Of a stretch of 64,000 nucleotides of DNA, positions 1-11,843 are shown piece by piece; the first letter of the stretch is position 1, and each line of letters starts with the position of its first letter. The notes under the pieces are model-generated. The model was not told where the DNA came from, did not search any database, and saw only the letters and a list, made by a program, of their open reading frames with translations. This stretch comes from Cyanophora paradoxa CCMP329 (lineage: Eukaryota; Plantae; Glaucophyta), in the NCBI GenBank assembly GCA_004431415.1, contig QPMI01000535.1, positions 492,026-556,025 on the forward strand, given 5' to 3'. The position numbers and the translations under genes are program-made.

Positions 1-3000
1 GCGCAGCTCTGCTACCCGGTGCTCTTGCAGCGCGCCTGCATCGAGCGCGTCGGCTTTTGTCGCTCTTAACGCCGGGGCTTGCGCAGTGGATCGTCAACGT
101 CCTCGCGAGGCAGCGGTACCTGCAGCTGCAGCTCGTGAACGTGCGCCCCGGAGGCTCCACGCCGCCCCGCACCCCCGGCCGCGCAGCTGACGCGCGGCTG
201 GCCGGCCGGGCGCTCGCGCGCGCGCAGCTGCCCATCGGGATGTACGGCGTGCGGGCGAATGACACGCGGCTTGTGTTCATCGATCAGTTCTTCTCGGTGA
301 CGCCTGCGGCGCTCTGCAACGGTCTGGGCGGCAGCTTCGACTGCACCGCGGGCGTCAGCTACATCGGCGAGCGGCCCTCGGGGCTTCTCCCGCCGAGCAC
401 CGTTGAGCTCCGTGCGCCCGCCCGCCCCGCCCCGCCCCGCCCGCCCCGCCCCGCCCGTCCCGACGCGGGCCCCCCGCGGCGCCGCGCAGTGCCGGACCGT
501 CTGGCGAGGGTGGATGAGGGCGCGGCGGCGGCCGGGCCGGACTCGCCGGGCCTGCTGCCCGAACCGGGCCCGCCGCAGACCGTGGTGGTCACGCAGGGCG
601 TCCCCACGGCGGCCGTCATCGGCGCGGCGGCCGGCGGCGCGGCCGTCGCGGCGGTGGCGGTCGGCTGCTGCGCCTTCTGCTACATACAGCGGCGCCGCAA
701 GCAGCGGCGGAGCACGACCGTGCGGGTCGTCTTCGACGACTCGGGCCGCGAGAGTGCGCCCCGCCCCGGCAGGGGGGCGCGGGGCGGGGCCGGGCCTGCA
801 GGGGCTCAGCTGTAGCCCGCCTCCGTCGCCCCCGCCCCGCTCTGCTCTGCGTTGCTCCGCTGCGCGGCCGCTGATGCGATCGGGGCCGGCAGTGATCCGC
901 ATCGAGGGCGGGCCGCAGACCGTCGACGGCGCCTCGCCCATCTCCGTCACGCCTGTGCGCCCCCGCCCCCCCGCCCCCGCCGCCGGCCCGTAGCCTCACC
1001 GAGCGCGCCGCCGCCGCGCCGCCGCGCAGGACGGCCAGCTCGTCATCCGCACGAACGCGCGGGCCCAGGTCCCGGCCCCGGCCCCACCCGCCGGCGGGGC
1101 GCCCGCGGCCGGCCCCTCCCGTCGGGGCACCAACCCCACGGAGCCGGCGCCGCGCAGCCCCGCGCCCTCCTTCCCCCGCTCCGCCTCCGCCCCCGGCCTC
1201 CAGCAGCTGCAGCAGCTGCAGGGGCAGGGCCAGGGGGGGTACATGGAGCTCCCGTCGGCCTCGTCGGTCGACTCGACCGCACAGGCGCCGTCCCCGGCCG
1301 CCGGCGGCGGGCGGACGAGCCGGCCCCGCGCGCCGGCGGCCCCAAGCGCTCGCCGAGCGTCGCCGGCCCCGCCGCCGCCGTCGGCCGCTTCTCCGCGAGC
1401 TTCCTCCCCTCCCCCGACTCCTCCGCCTTCCAGCGGTGCGCCGTACCCCCCTCGTCTGCCTCCCCACCCCCCTCCGCCTCGGTGCGACGGGGCGGGGGCG
1501 GGACAGGGCGATCTGCACGAAGTGCGCGCGGGCGTGCGCGGGGGTACCGGACGAGGAGGAGGCCCTCGAGGCAGAGTGCCCCTCCTGCCGCCTACCCCTC
1601 GTCCGTTCCCCCCCCCCCCCCCACTTCCTCGGCTCCCGTCGCCGCCCCTGTGACCGCGCACCCCGCCGCCGCAGGTCATCAAGAAGCGCTTCTGGCCGGT
1701 GTCGCGCGTCGGCGGCGGCGAGTTCGGCACCGCTTTCGTGCGCCCCGCCGTCCCGCGCCGCGCGTCCGCCGCGCCCCGCCCCTTGGGCCCGAGACCTCAT
1801 ACCCCCTGCAGCTCGCCGTCGATCTGCACTACCCGTCCAGGCGCCAGTGCGTCGTGAAGAAGGTGCTCCGATGCTGTACCCCTGCGCCGCCCCAGACCCC
1901 TCCCCTCATTCCTGTACCCCCGCAGTTCACGTTCTTCGAGAAGAGCGGCAACGAGGAGCACATCGAGAAGGCCGCGGAGCTCTTCCTCGAGGAGGTGTAC
2001 CCCTCTCGGGTGCTCGTACCCCCGGAAGGCTGACGCGGTACCCCCTCCCAGGGCCGCGTCCTGGAGAACCTCGACCACCCCTGCGTGCCGAAGCTCCTCG
2101 GCTCGTTCCTCTGGCAGGCAAGGCCGTACCCCCTCTCGTCTCCGTACCCCTCTTGATTCGAATCCTCAGGGGGACCTGTACAACGTGATGAACTTTGTAC
2201 CCGGGCGCGACCTGCAGCGGATCATGAAGGACCGATCGGGGACGTACCCCGAGAGCGAGGCGAGGCGTACCCCGGGCCGGAGGGCCGTGCGGCCGCGCTC
2301 TGAATCCGCGCTCAGGTCTACCGCCTGCTGGACGACATGACCGACGCGCTCTCGTACGTGCACGCGCGGCGGATCCTGCACAGGTGCCGGGCCCCGCGTC
2401 GCGCTCGCCCTGGCGTGGCGCGGGGCGGCGCTGAGGGCGCCGCAGGGACGTCAAACCATCGAACATCATCGCCGGCGACGACGGTGCCCCGCCCGCCCCC
2501 CCACAGCCGCAGCCGCCGCCGCCGGCGCTCCTGACGGCGGCCGCAGGGGACTACTACCTCGTGGACTTCGGCCTCTCGACGACCTCGCGGCCCGACTGGG
2601 AGCAGGCCACCATGGCGCGGCCCGCCCCGCCCCGCCCCATCCCCCGCCCCTCACCCGCCGCCCGCAGATCGGCACCTACGCCTACAGCGACCCCGAGCAG
2701 CGGCGGGGGTACCCCACGCCCTCCTCGGACCTCTACAGGTGCCCCTAGCCCCCCCCCTCTCCCGTCCACGCGGGGCGCCGCCGACCTGGGGGCAGCCTGG
2801 CGGCGACGTGCGTGGAGCTGCTGACGCGGGCGCGCCCGACGTACGAGTACTTCTGCGACTGGACGCCCCGTCCGCCCCGCCCGCCGCGCCCCCGCACCCC
2901 GCCCCGCCCCTCCTCACGGGCGCCCCCGCAGCCGCGCGCCTCCCGATCTCCTCCCACCTCGCCTCAGTCCTCTCTCGCATGCTGCGGAGGGACCCCGCGC

Positions 3001-4807
3001 AGCGGTGCGGCGCGCCGGCCCCGCCTCTCAACTTCTTTCCGCCCCTCTCACCCGCGCCGGCGCAGGTTCGAATCCGCCGCGGCCGCCCGAGAAGCTCTCT
3101 TCGGGCGCGACTGCAGGCGGAGGAGGAGCGTACCCCCCCAGCACCTCGCGGCCCCCGACTCGCCGGCGAACGCGCCCCTCCGCCCCGCCTCCTCCGCCCC
3201 GCCTGCCGCCCTGCTGCCGCCCAAGGGGGACGACGGGGGGTACCCGAACGGCGACGAGGCGTTCTACGTGATGCCCCCCGGCACGGGCCCCCGCCAGGCC
3301 TCCTCCGCCCCCTCCCACGTACCCCCCCGTGCCTACGTCCTCCGCACCGTCAGCACGCCCCGCTCCGGTACCCCTCGGGGCGCCCCCGCCCCCTCCGAAC
3401 CGGGCGCTCCCACCGGGGGCCCGGGACCGCCCGCCTCCGCCACGCCGCGGGGCGCTGGCCCCGCCCCCGCCCCCGCCGCCCCTCCCCCCGCCCTGCCCCC
3501 CAGGCCGCCCTCCCCCCGCCCCCTCCGCCGGCGCCACCCGCGGCTCCCCCGCCCCCCTCCTCTGCAACCCCACGCGTGGCGGCCCTCCCCCGCCCCGCCC
3601 TCCTCCACCCCGCGGGTCCCCGCCGCCGCCCAGCCCGCCCCCGCGCCCCCGCCCCGCCGCCGCCGCCGCCGGCCGCCCCACCGCCTCCCCCGCTCCCCCG
3701 CCTCCGCCCGCCGGGCCCTCGCCGCCGACCTCGGGGCCGCTGCCGCAGCCGGCGACGCCGCGGCCGGGCTCGGGCCCGCTGCGGGAGGCCTCGCCCGGGG
3801 CCTCCTCCTCGGCGCTCTCCTCGTCGCTGCGCTCCTCGGAGCGCCGCGAGGAGCGCTCGGTGATCTGGGACCTCCTCTCCACCGCCTCGCGCCTCGCCGC
3901 CGGCTTCGACGGCGAGGCGCCCACGTCCCCCGAGGGCACCCTCCAGACCGCCTCCTCCGCCCCCTCCTCCCGCCCCCTCGCCCCCCTCCTCCGCCGCACC
4001 CGTGCGCGCTGCGGAGCGCGCAGCCGCCCGCTGCCTTCGTTTGTCTGACGGGGGCGGGCGGGGCGGGGCGGCAGAGACGATGAAGGGCGGGCCGCGCGGG
4101 AAGGGCCGGCGGCCGCGCCCGGGGCCCGCGAGCGCCTCGGCGCCCAGCAGCCCAACGCGGCGCCGCGGCGGAGATCGGGCGGCGGCCGGCGGCGAGCAGG
4201 CGCGGGGGCGGGAGCGGGGCCGGGAGAGGCAGGGGGCGCGGGAGGGGCAGGGGCCAGGGGCGGGGCGCAGGCGGGGGCGCCGAGCGGGGAGGGCCGGAGC
4301 AGCGCGAGCCGCAGCTCCGCGAGCGACCGGACGGCCCACGGCGGCAGCGACAGCGGCGAGGTGCCCCGCCCCTCCTCTCTCTGCCCCGCGCCCCGCCCCG
4401 CCACTGACGCCGCGCCAGCCGCAGCGGGGCCTGCGGCTGCCGCGGAGCGGGCGGCTGCCGAGCAGCGAGGGAGCAGCAGCGGCGAGGGCGTCGCGGCGGC
4501 GCTGCACCGGTGGGCGACCCGGCGCCGCAACCACGCCGCCCGGAAGCGCAAGGAGGGCCCCGCTGCCGCCCCCCAGGGGCCGCCCGCCCCCTCGGCGCCC
4601 GCCGCCTCCTCCGCCCCGCCCGCCGGTGCCCCCGAGGCACCTCAAGCGGGGGGCACGGACGCCGCCGCGGGGGCGGCGCCCTCCTCCGCGCGATCGGAGG
4701 GCCTCGGCGGCTCGTCGCGATCAGTCCCCGGAGCCTCCGAGGCGGGCGGAAACCCGGCCGCCGGCCCCTCCCGCAAGCCCTCGAGCGCTTCCCTGCACTC
4801 CCACTAG
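1..4807 (+). CDS. Receptor-like single-pass TM Ser/Thr protein kinase with a cyanobacterial-type 4-Cys + Pkn2-like kinase module; multi-exon, 5' end outside window
   Basis: TM segment AAVIGAAAGGAAVAAVAVGCCAFCYI followed by RRRKQRR (~610-710). Spliced exons at ~1507-3120 read CTKC...CPSCRLPL|VIKKRFWPVSRVGGGEFGTAF|LAVDLHYPSRRQCVVKK|...EKAAELFLEE|GRVLENLDHPCVPKLL...|ILHR|DVKPSNII..|YYLVDFG..|IGTYAYSDPEQ..SSDLYS|..MLRRDPAQR|F. A low-complexity tail ends at TAG 4805-4807. One frame change near ~1320 needs an indel or an extra intron. Confidence 0.85.
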
Positions 4808-5275
4808 TCGACGTCTCCTATAGCTAGGCCCAGCCGTCCTGCTCTAAAACCTCCCCGGGCCCGCTCTGTGCTGGTTTATCGGATTCATGGTCAGACCTAG
4901 GTTCATGAAATTGATAGCGAACTCTCGAAGCGCGCTTGACGTACGTACACGCGTAAGCATCGAACTTCGGAACTCGGAATTCGAAGACACTGCAGCTGGA
5001 ATCACAGCGCTGCAGTCCATCTGCATACGATACGGCCATGCAACTGGCAACTGGAAGCAGCTAGCCTCTGAGCTGCGCTCCGCGAGTCCGAACAACTTCA
5101 GAACTTCTCAACAGGGGGGTACCGTTGCTGCTGGGTGTCCCGCACCGAACACGCACGTTCCCGGGGCTGGCTAGGTCTGCTAGGCGTCCGAAACGCATCT
5201 TCTAGGCAGGCGGCCGGCCATCTAAGCAGGAGAAACCCGGGAAGAGGACGGCGGAGTCGCCGGCAGCTTGGCGGC

Positions 5276-8200
5276 ATGGGCTGCGGAGCGGGGAAGCCTG
5301 TAACTACCGACAGCCCGCCAGGGCTTGGTCCCCAGCTCAACGCGGTGCGCGCTGAACTCCTTTCGTCTTTTCCATTCTGTGACTTCGGACCAGCCGCCCC
5401 CGCAAGCTTCAGAGCCGGTCGTTATTGTGAGCACTAATCCTTCTGGGGTGTATGAAGCATCCCCGTTGACGCCCGCGCAGGAGCCCGTCAAGGCTCCGCC
5501 AGTCCTGCTAGATCGCCCGCCAAGGCACCCGAGCCTGGCGGTGAGCGCCAATGTGAGCGTGAATGGCGTCAAGAAGGGCGCAGACCTTGAGGATGACCGC
5601 AACACCATCATCAAATCCCCGCTGGGTGCGTGCACGTTCCGAGCCCTTGGCCAGTTCGGCGCTTGCCGCCGTCCCCCGCCTCTGCCTCGAACCGCGGGGG
5701 TCCAACGCTTCCCTTAGCTCTAATATGACGTTAAGACGCACGCCAGCCCACGCTTCCTCTGCGAAGGCCTGACTTTCCAATGCCGCGCCGCAGCATCCGC
5801 CGTCCTGAACTATGCCTTCGACGACAACTACAAGAAGGAGGTGGAGAAGGCGCTGCAGACGAGCGCAGTGGACTCGAATCCGGCGTGGCAGCGCAGCAAG
5901 TCCCGCTCGCTGCTGCAGCCGCAGAACCAGGCCAACGGCGTCTCCACTGGGGAAGGGAACCACCTCAGCACGCGGCCCGTCTCGCCAGGATACTGCATTC
6001 CCGGTCCGGGGCACCGCGCCGCCGCTGCGCCACCGCCGCCGCCGCTGACATCCCCGCGCGGGGCAGACCCACCGCCGGACGACGGAGCCGCCTCGTCGCC
6101 GCTGCCGTTCGAACCTGCGCGCGTGGACCGCACGCTGTGTATCTTCCTCTGTGCCGCCGCGTTGGAGCCTGCGGTGCGCCCTCCCGCCGGCCCGCCGCGC
6201 CGCACCAGTCGCCCCCTCTCGAGACTCAACCTCGTCCCCATCCCTTGCAGGTCAAAGAGGCCCTCTTTGCGCAGTCCATTCCGAAGCTCCGGTGCGCCGC
6301 CGCCGCGCCCCGCCGCGCGGCGCTCGCCGAGGCGGGGGCCGGGGCAGCTACGCGTGCGCGCGGCGCGGGCTCGTCCTTTGCGTGACCGACCTGCTGGACG
6401 CCTCCGCCGTCGACGCCAAGGTCCGCTCCCTCCCTTTCCAGCCCCGCCCTCGGCCCCCGCCCAGGCGCCGACGGGGCGGGCCGGCGGCGGGGCAGTCGCT
6501 CTCGCGGGGCCTGCGGCAGCTGGAGCGCTCGCAGTACTTCGTGGCGCTCGTCGGGGACGCCTACGAGCCGGCCGCCGTGCCCTCTGAGGTCCTCGCCGAG
6601 GTGCCCGAGCTGCGGGGCCGGGGCCTCCAGCCGGGCGCCGGCCTCCTCGACCTCTTCCTCGACGCCGGCCCCCTCTCCCCCGCCCGCCGCGGCGGCCTCG
6701 GGCCCCGCGCCCTCTTCGTCTGGCACGGCCCCGCCGCCGCCGCCGCCGGCGCCGGCGAGGGGCAGCAGGGCCCCGGCGCGGGCCCCGACGCGGCGGGCGG
6801 CCCCGCTTCCGCGCCCTCCCCGGCGGCGGCCGCACTGCGGCGGCGGGCGCAGGCCGTCGGGCAGCACCGCGAATCGAAGAGCGCGGGGCAGGCCTGCAAG
6901 GTGCGGCGCCCTTCCGCCCGCCCCGCCCCGCCCAGCCGGGCGCGCCTGACGCGGCGGGGGCGGCGGGGCGGGCAGTTCGTGGAGCGCGGGCTCGCCGGCG
7001 CCATCGACCGCGACTTCCCGTCGGAGCAGTCGGCGCAGGGCGCGCCGCCCCGCCCGCCCCGCCCCGCCCCACGTCGCCGTCGCCGCTGACGCTCGCGGGC
7101 AGTGATCGCGCGGACGGCGCACGCGCAGCTGACGGAGCACCTGCTGCGGGAGGCGGAGGCCGGCGGCCACGTGGAGCCGGCGGCGCTCGAGGAGGCCTTC
7201 CTTCGAGCCGTCGAGGCCCCGCCGGGCGCCCGCGAGCCCGTCTGCCTCGTCGGCCCCGCCGGCTCCGGAAAATCCAGTGCGCCCCCCGTCCCGCCCCGCC
7301 CGCCCCGCCCCGCCCACCCCGCCCCGCCCCGCCGGAGCCGACCCGGCGACCCGGCAGCGTTCCTCGCGCGCTGGGCCGAGCGGCACCGGCGGAGCAACCC
7401 GCGCGACGTTGTCGTCCTCCACGTGCGCCCCGCCCGCCCGCGCGAGCGCCGCCGCGCCCCGCGGCCGACGGACGGGGGGCGCCGGCAGCACGTGGCGGCG
7501 GAGTGCGTGGCGGACCCCGTGCCGCCGGCCGTCGTCCTGGCGCGGCTCGCCCAGGAGCTCGCCGCCCGCTTCGGGATCGAGCGCGAGTCGCTCCCGACCT
7601 TCTACGCCGGCCCGGTGGGCCCCGCCGGCTCCAGCTCCCCGCTCCCCGCCTCGGCCTCGGGCTTGGGCTCGGGCTCCGGCCCGGTCTCCCCGCCCCGCGC
7701 CTTCCCCTCCTTCTCCTCCCTCTCCGCCCTCGCCTCGGTCTCCATCTCGGGACGCGCCAGCGAGGTCCTGGGCGCCTCTAGCCGTCGCCCCTCGTCGGCG
7801 CCGCCCACGGGGGACCACTTCTGCGCGGCCCTCGCCGAGGTCCTCGCCCGCGCCGCCGCCGCCTGCCGCGGCCGCCTCTTCGTCGTCCTGGACGGCCTCG
7901 AGCGGGTGCTGGAGGCGCAGGAGGGCGGCGACGCGCTCGCCTGGCTGCCGCCCCCCGCCGCCCTCCCGCCCAACGTGACCCTCGTCGCCGCCGCCCGCCC
8001 CGGCCGCTCCGCCGAGGCCCTCCAGTCCTCGGCCGCCTTCCGCCCGCTGCCCGTGCCCCCGCTCGAGCCCGCCGAGCGCGCCGCGCTGGCGGAGGCCCTC
8101 GGCGTTCCCCCCGCGCTGGCCGCCGAGCACCCCGCCTGCGACCGCCCCGGCGGCCTCCGCCTCGTCGCCCGCGCCGCCCGCGCCGCCGGCCCCGAGGCGG

Positions 8201-11200
8201 CGGCGCGGGCCGAGTCGCCCGAGGCGCTCTGGGACCTGCTGCTGGGGCGGGCGGAGGAGGAGATGGGGCGGGAGGCGCTGCGCATCCTGCGGCTGGTGCG
8301 GTGCAGCCGGGCGGGCCTCTCGGAGCCGGAGCTGGTGCACCTCGTCGGCCTCCCGACGCACGCCGCCGCCGTCGACGTCCTCGAGGGCCTCCAGGTCCGA
8401 TCGAGCGATCCGATCCATCCGATGCAATTCGATTCGAATTTGATCTCCTCGGCAGGCGGCGGGGGCTCTCGTGCGGCTCGCGGGGCTCTACACGCTCCCC
8501 TCCATGGAGCTTGTCGCCGTTCGCCCCCCTCCCCGCCCCGCCCCGCCCCGGCCCCGCTGAGCGGTGCGCTGCGCCCGCCGGCAGGCCTTCGACCGGCGCC
8601 AGTTCGCCCGCCGCGCCGCCTCTGTCACGCAGCTGCAGGGCCCGCCGAGCCCGAGCGCCGGGGCCCTGCAGCCGCCCAGCAGCGCCGGCGTCGCCGGACT
8701 CGCCGCCAACAGTGCGCCCCCCGCTCGCGCCGCTCGCGACGCGACGCCCGACTCACGGGCGGCGGCGCGCGCAGCGGACCTCCTGCCGCCGCTAGAGCCC
8801 TCGCGGTCGCCGCGGCTCCCGGCCCCGCCGGCCTGGGCCTGGCCGGCGTGCACGCGGTGGCGACGGGGGCGGCCACGCCGGGCGGGGCGCCCTCGCACCC
8901 GCGCCGCACGGAGGCGCTGCGGACGCTGCGGGAGCACTTCGCGGCGTACCCGTCGTGCGTGCGGCGGGCGCAGGAGCTGCCGTGGGCGCTGCACGCGCTG
9001 GGCGAGAGCGAGGCGATGGAGCGCGTGCTGGCCGAGCTGCCCCTCATGGATGCCTTCCTCCGGGGGGGCCTCGAGGCGGAGCTCGCCTCTGCCTGGCGCG
9101 CCGCCGTCGGCGGCTCCCCCGCAGCGCCCACCCCCGCCCTCTCCGCCGCCGTCGGCGGCGCCGTCTTCGACGCCTACCGCGCCGCCCTCCGCCCCTCCGC
9201 GCCGCCGCCGCCCTCCCGCCGGCCCACGCCCAGCACTCCTCGCCCGGCGGGGCGGCCACCGCGGCCCCGCCGGCCCCGCGCCGAGCGACGTCGCCTCGTA
9301 CGCGTACCGCGCGGCGTGCCTGCTGGCGGCGCTGGGGCGCCCCGAGGAGTCCCTCGAGATGCTGCGGGTCGTCGAGGGGGACGCGGCGCCCCTCTCCGAC
9401 GACGGCGCCGGCGGGGCCTCGCCGTTCCTCACCCCGGCCGCCGCCGCCGCGCCCTCGGCCGGCGCCCGCCGCCCCTCCAGCCTGCGCCAGCGCCCCTCCT
9501 ACGCCGGCTCCTCCTCCTCGATGCGGGCCGGGGGCGGCGGCGGCGGGGCCGGCGGCGGCGGGAGCATCCGGAGCCTGGACGCCGTCGGCTCGAGCGTGCG
9601 CTCGGGGAGCGCGTACGGCCTGGGCGGGGCGCTGGCGCTGCCCGAGGGCGCCGGCCTCTCCCCGCTCGCCTTTGCCGAGGCCGTCGACCCGCCGCTGCGC
9701 GCCCAGGCGGCGCGCCTGCGGGCGCCCTCCTCCGCGCCGCGGGGCAGGCCGGGGAGGCCCTGCAGGCGCTGGAGGCGGCGCTGGAGCTCGAGGAGCGGGC
9801 CCCCGCGCGCCCGGGGGCCGTCTCTGCTGCCATCGCGACGCTGCGCGCCCTCGCCGGCCTCTGCTTCGAGCGGGCCGAGTACGAGCGCGCGGCGGGGCTA
9901 CTGGAGGAGGCGGCGCTCGCGCACCAGCAGCTGCCGAGCTCGGAGGGCGGCGGCCCGCTCGCCGCCGCCGCCCTCCTCATGGCCCTCGCCCGCGTCCACC
10001 GCACCCGGTACGCCCACGCCCCGCCCCGCCGATCCGATCCAACCCGGTCTGACGCGCGCGCAGGATGGACCGGGAGAAGGCGCTGGCGCTGGCGGACGAG
10101 GCGCTGCGGCTGCAGCGGGGGGCCGTGGGGGCCGCCCACCACGAGGTCGCCACCACCATCCTCTTCATCGCCGACCTCCTCCGCAACCAGGCCCGCCCCC
10201 GCCTTCGCCGCCCCGCCCCGCCCCGCCCCGCCCCGCCCCGCCCCGCCCCGCCCCGCGCCGCGCCGCGCCGCGCTCCCCTTGGGCGGGCCCCGCTTAGCTT
10301 AGCTTAGCTTAGCGTAACCAGGCCCGCCCCCGCCGCCCTCCAGGCTCCAGGCTCCAGGCTCCAGGCTCCAGGCTCCAGGCTGCACGCTAACTTGGAGAGC
10401 AGGGGCACCTGCCGGGGGCGCTGGACGGCTACCAGAAGGCCCTCCCCGTCCTCGAGCGCGTCTTCGGGCCCTGCCACCCCCGCGTCTCCCAGGTCCGACC
10501 CCCCGCCCGCCCCGGGCCCTCATCAAGCTAGCGAAGACGGCGATCCTGACCCTCGCCCTCGGCGCCTCGGCGCAGACGCTGACGGCGATCGGGGACATCT
10601 ACCGGATGCGGGGCCTGCTGGAGGAGGCGCTGCCGATCTACCAGCGCGCCACCGAGATCCGCGTCAAGTTCCTGGGCTCCGATCAGCACGCCGAGGCCCG
10701 CCCCCCGCCCCTCTCCTCCCTCCTCACGGCTCTGAGCCGCCCCGGGGCGCGCAGGTGGCGAACCTGCTGGCGACGGAGGCGGGGATGCTCAAGGACGTCG
10801 GCCAGCTCGACGCCGCCCTCGAGGTCCGCCCCGCCCGCCGCCCCCGCCGCCCCCGCCGGGCTCCGCTCACGCGCTCCTGCGTGGCGCCCCCGCCCCCGCC
10901 CTCAGATCTACGAGCGCGTGCTGCGGATCCAGACGGCCTGCCTCGGGCCCAAGTCGCCCAAGGTGCGCGGCGCGGGGCGGGGCGGGGAGGCCCGGGAGGG
11001 CTCGCAGCGGGGGGCGTGGGGGCAGAGGTGCTGAGCGAGGCCGGGGCGCTTTGCTCTGCTTTGCCGCGCGCAGGTCTCGGTGACGATCAACTGCATCGAC
11101 GCGACGAAGCGGGCGATCAAGGAGGCGGAGAAGGCCGCCGGCCTCCGCGCCATGTCCGTCGACCAGGGCGCAGCGCCGCCCCCGGGGGCCCCCGCCCCCG

Positions 11201-11205
11201 CGTGA
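5276..11205 (+). CDS. NPHP3-like STAND protein: N-terminal MGCG acylation motif, DUF4062-like domain, P-loop NTPase, C-terminal TPR repeats; multi-exon
   Basis: Starts MGCGAGK (5276). Contains SRGLRQLERSQYFVALVGDAY (DUF4062-like, ~6500-6565), Walker A VCLVGPAGSGKS (~7240-7277), Walker B LFVVLDGLE (~7876-7902) and RRAQELPWALH (~8960). Kinesin-light-chain-type TPRs follow (e.g. EEALPIYQRATEIRVKFLGSDQHAE, ~10620). Stop TGA 11203-11205. Confidence 0.8.
10191..10400 (+). repeat. Intronic microsatellites (CCCCG)n, (CTTAG)4, (CTCCAGG)6
   Basis: Read directly inside a GC-AG intron of the TPR gene. Confidence 0.8.
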
Positions 11206-11843
11206 GCTCTTTCCATCGTAGAGAGCATATATTTCACTTGCGAGTCTCTAGTTATCTTATTCGTAAAGTTTCAAGCCACAGCGACCGCCCGATCTGCAGT
11301 GGTGGAGCCTGCTAGCTATTTGAAGCTAGTACTAGTTGGCGCAGCATTCCTCAGCAGCGAGTATTATCATTTAATGCTGGTAGTACGCATGTTCATTGAT
11401 ATGTGTATTTATGACGTCCACATCTGAATTTCGCTCGGCACATGTACATGTGCGTATGCTAGTACGGGTGCAACTGCCGCAGTGCGAATTCGAATGCGAG
11501 GCCTTCGCAAGCCTGTTCGAAATTCGGAGCTGCGCATGCGGCGCCGGGGCAGGCGGTTCAATTCGCTCGTACGCCGCCGGGCCGCTAGCCTAGTATACGT
11601 AGATCGATATCATAGTACGTATCTATCATAGTACTAGTATCGCTAGATCAGCCGCGGGGCCCGGCGGCTGCGGGGATCTGAAGCTCCGATATGGACATGG
11701 GTGGCCCAGTACTAGTGGATCGAATCCGGAACTCCGCTGGATCGGGAGGAGACGGGACTGGTCGCGAGCGAGGGCGCCGCGGCGTGGGGGAGGGGGGTGG
11801 CGGCGCGGGGACTGCAGGCGGGGCGGCGGGGGCGGCGGGGGCG

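Noticed and set aside
1510-1600. RING finger before the kinase
   Set aside because: Only two CxxC pairs are present, which fits a 4-Cys zinc ribbon better.
10292-10314. (CTTAG)4 as an interstitial telomere
   Set aside because: Only four units, intronic, next to other microsatellites, and not a canonical telomere repeat.
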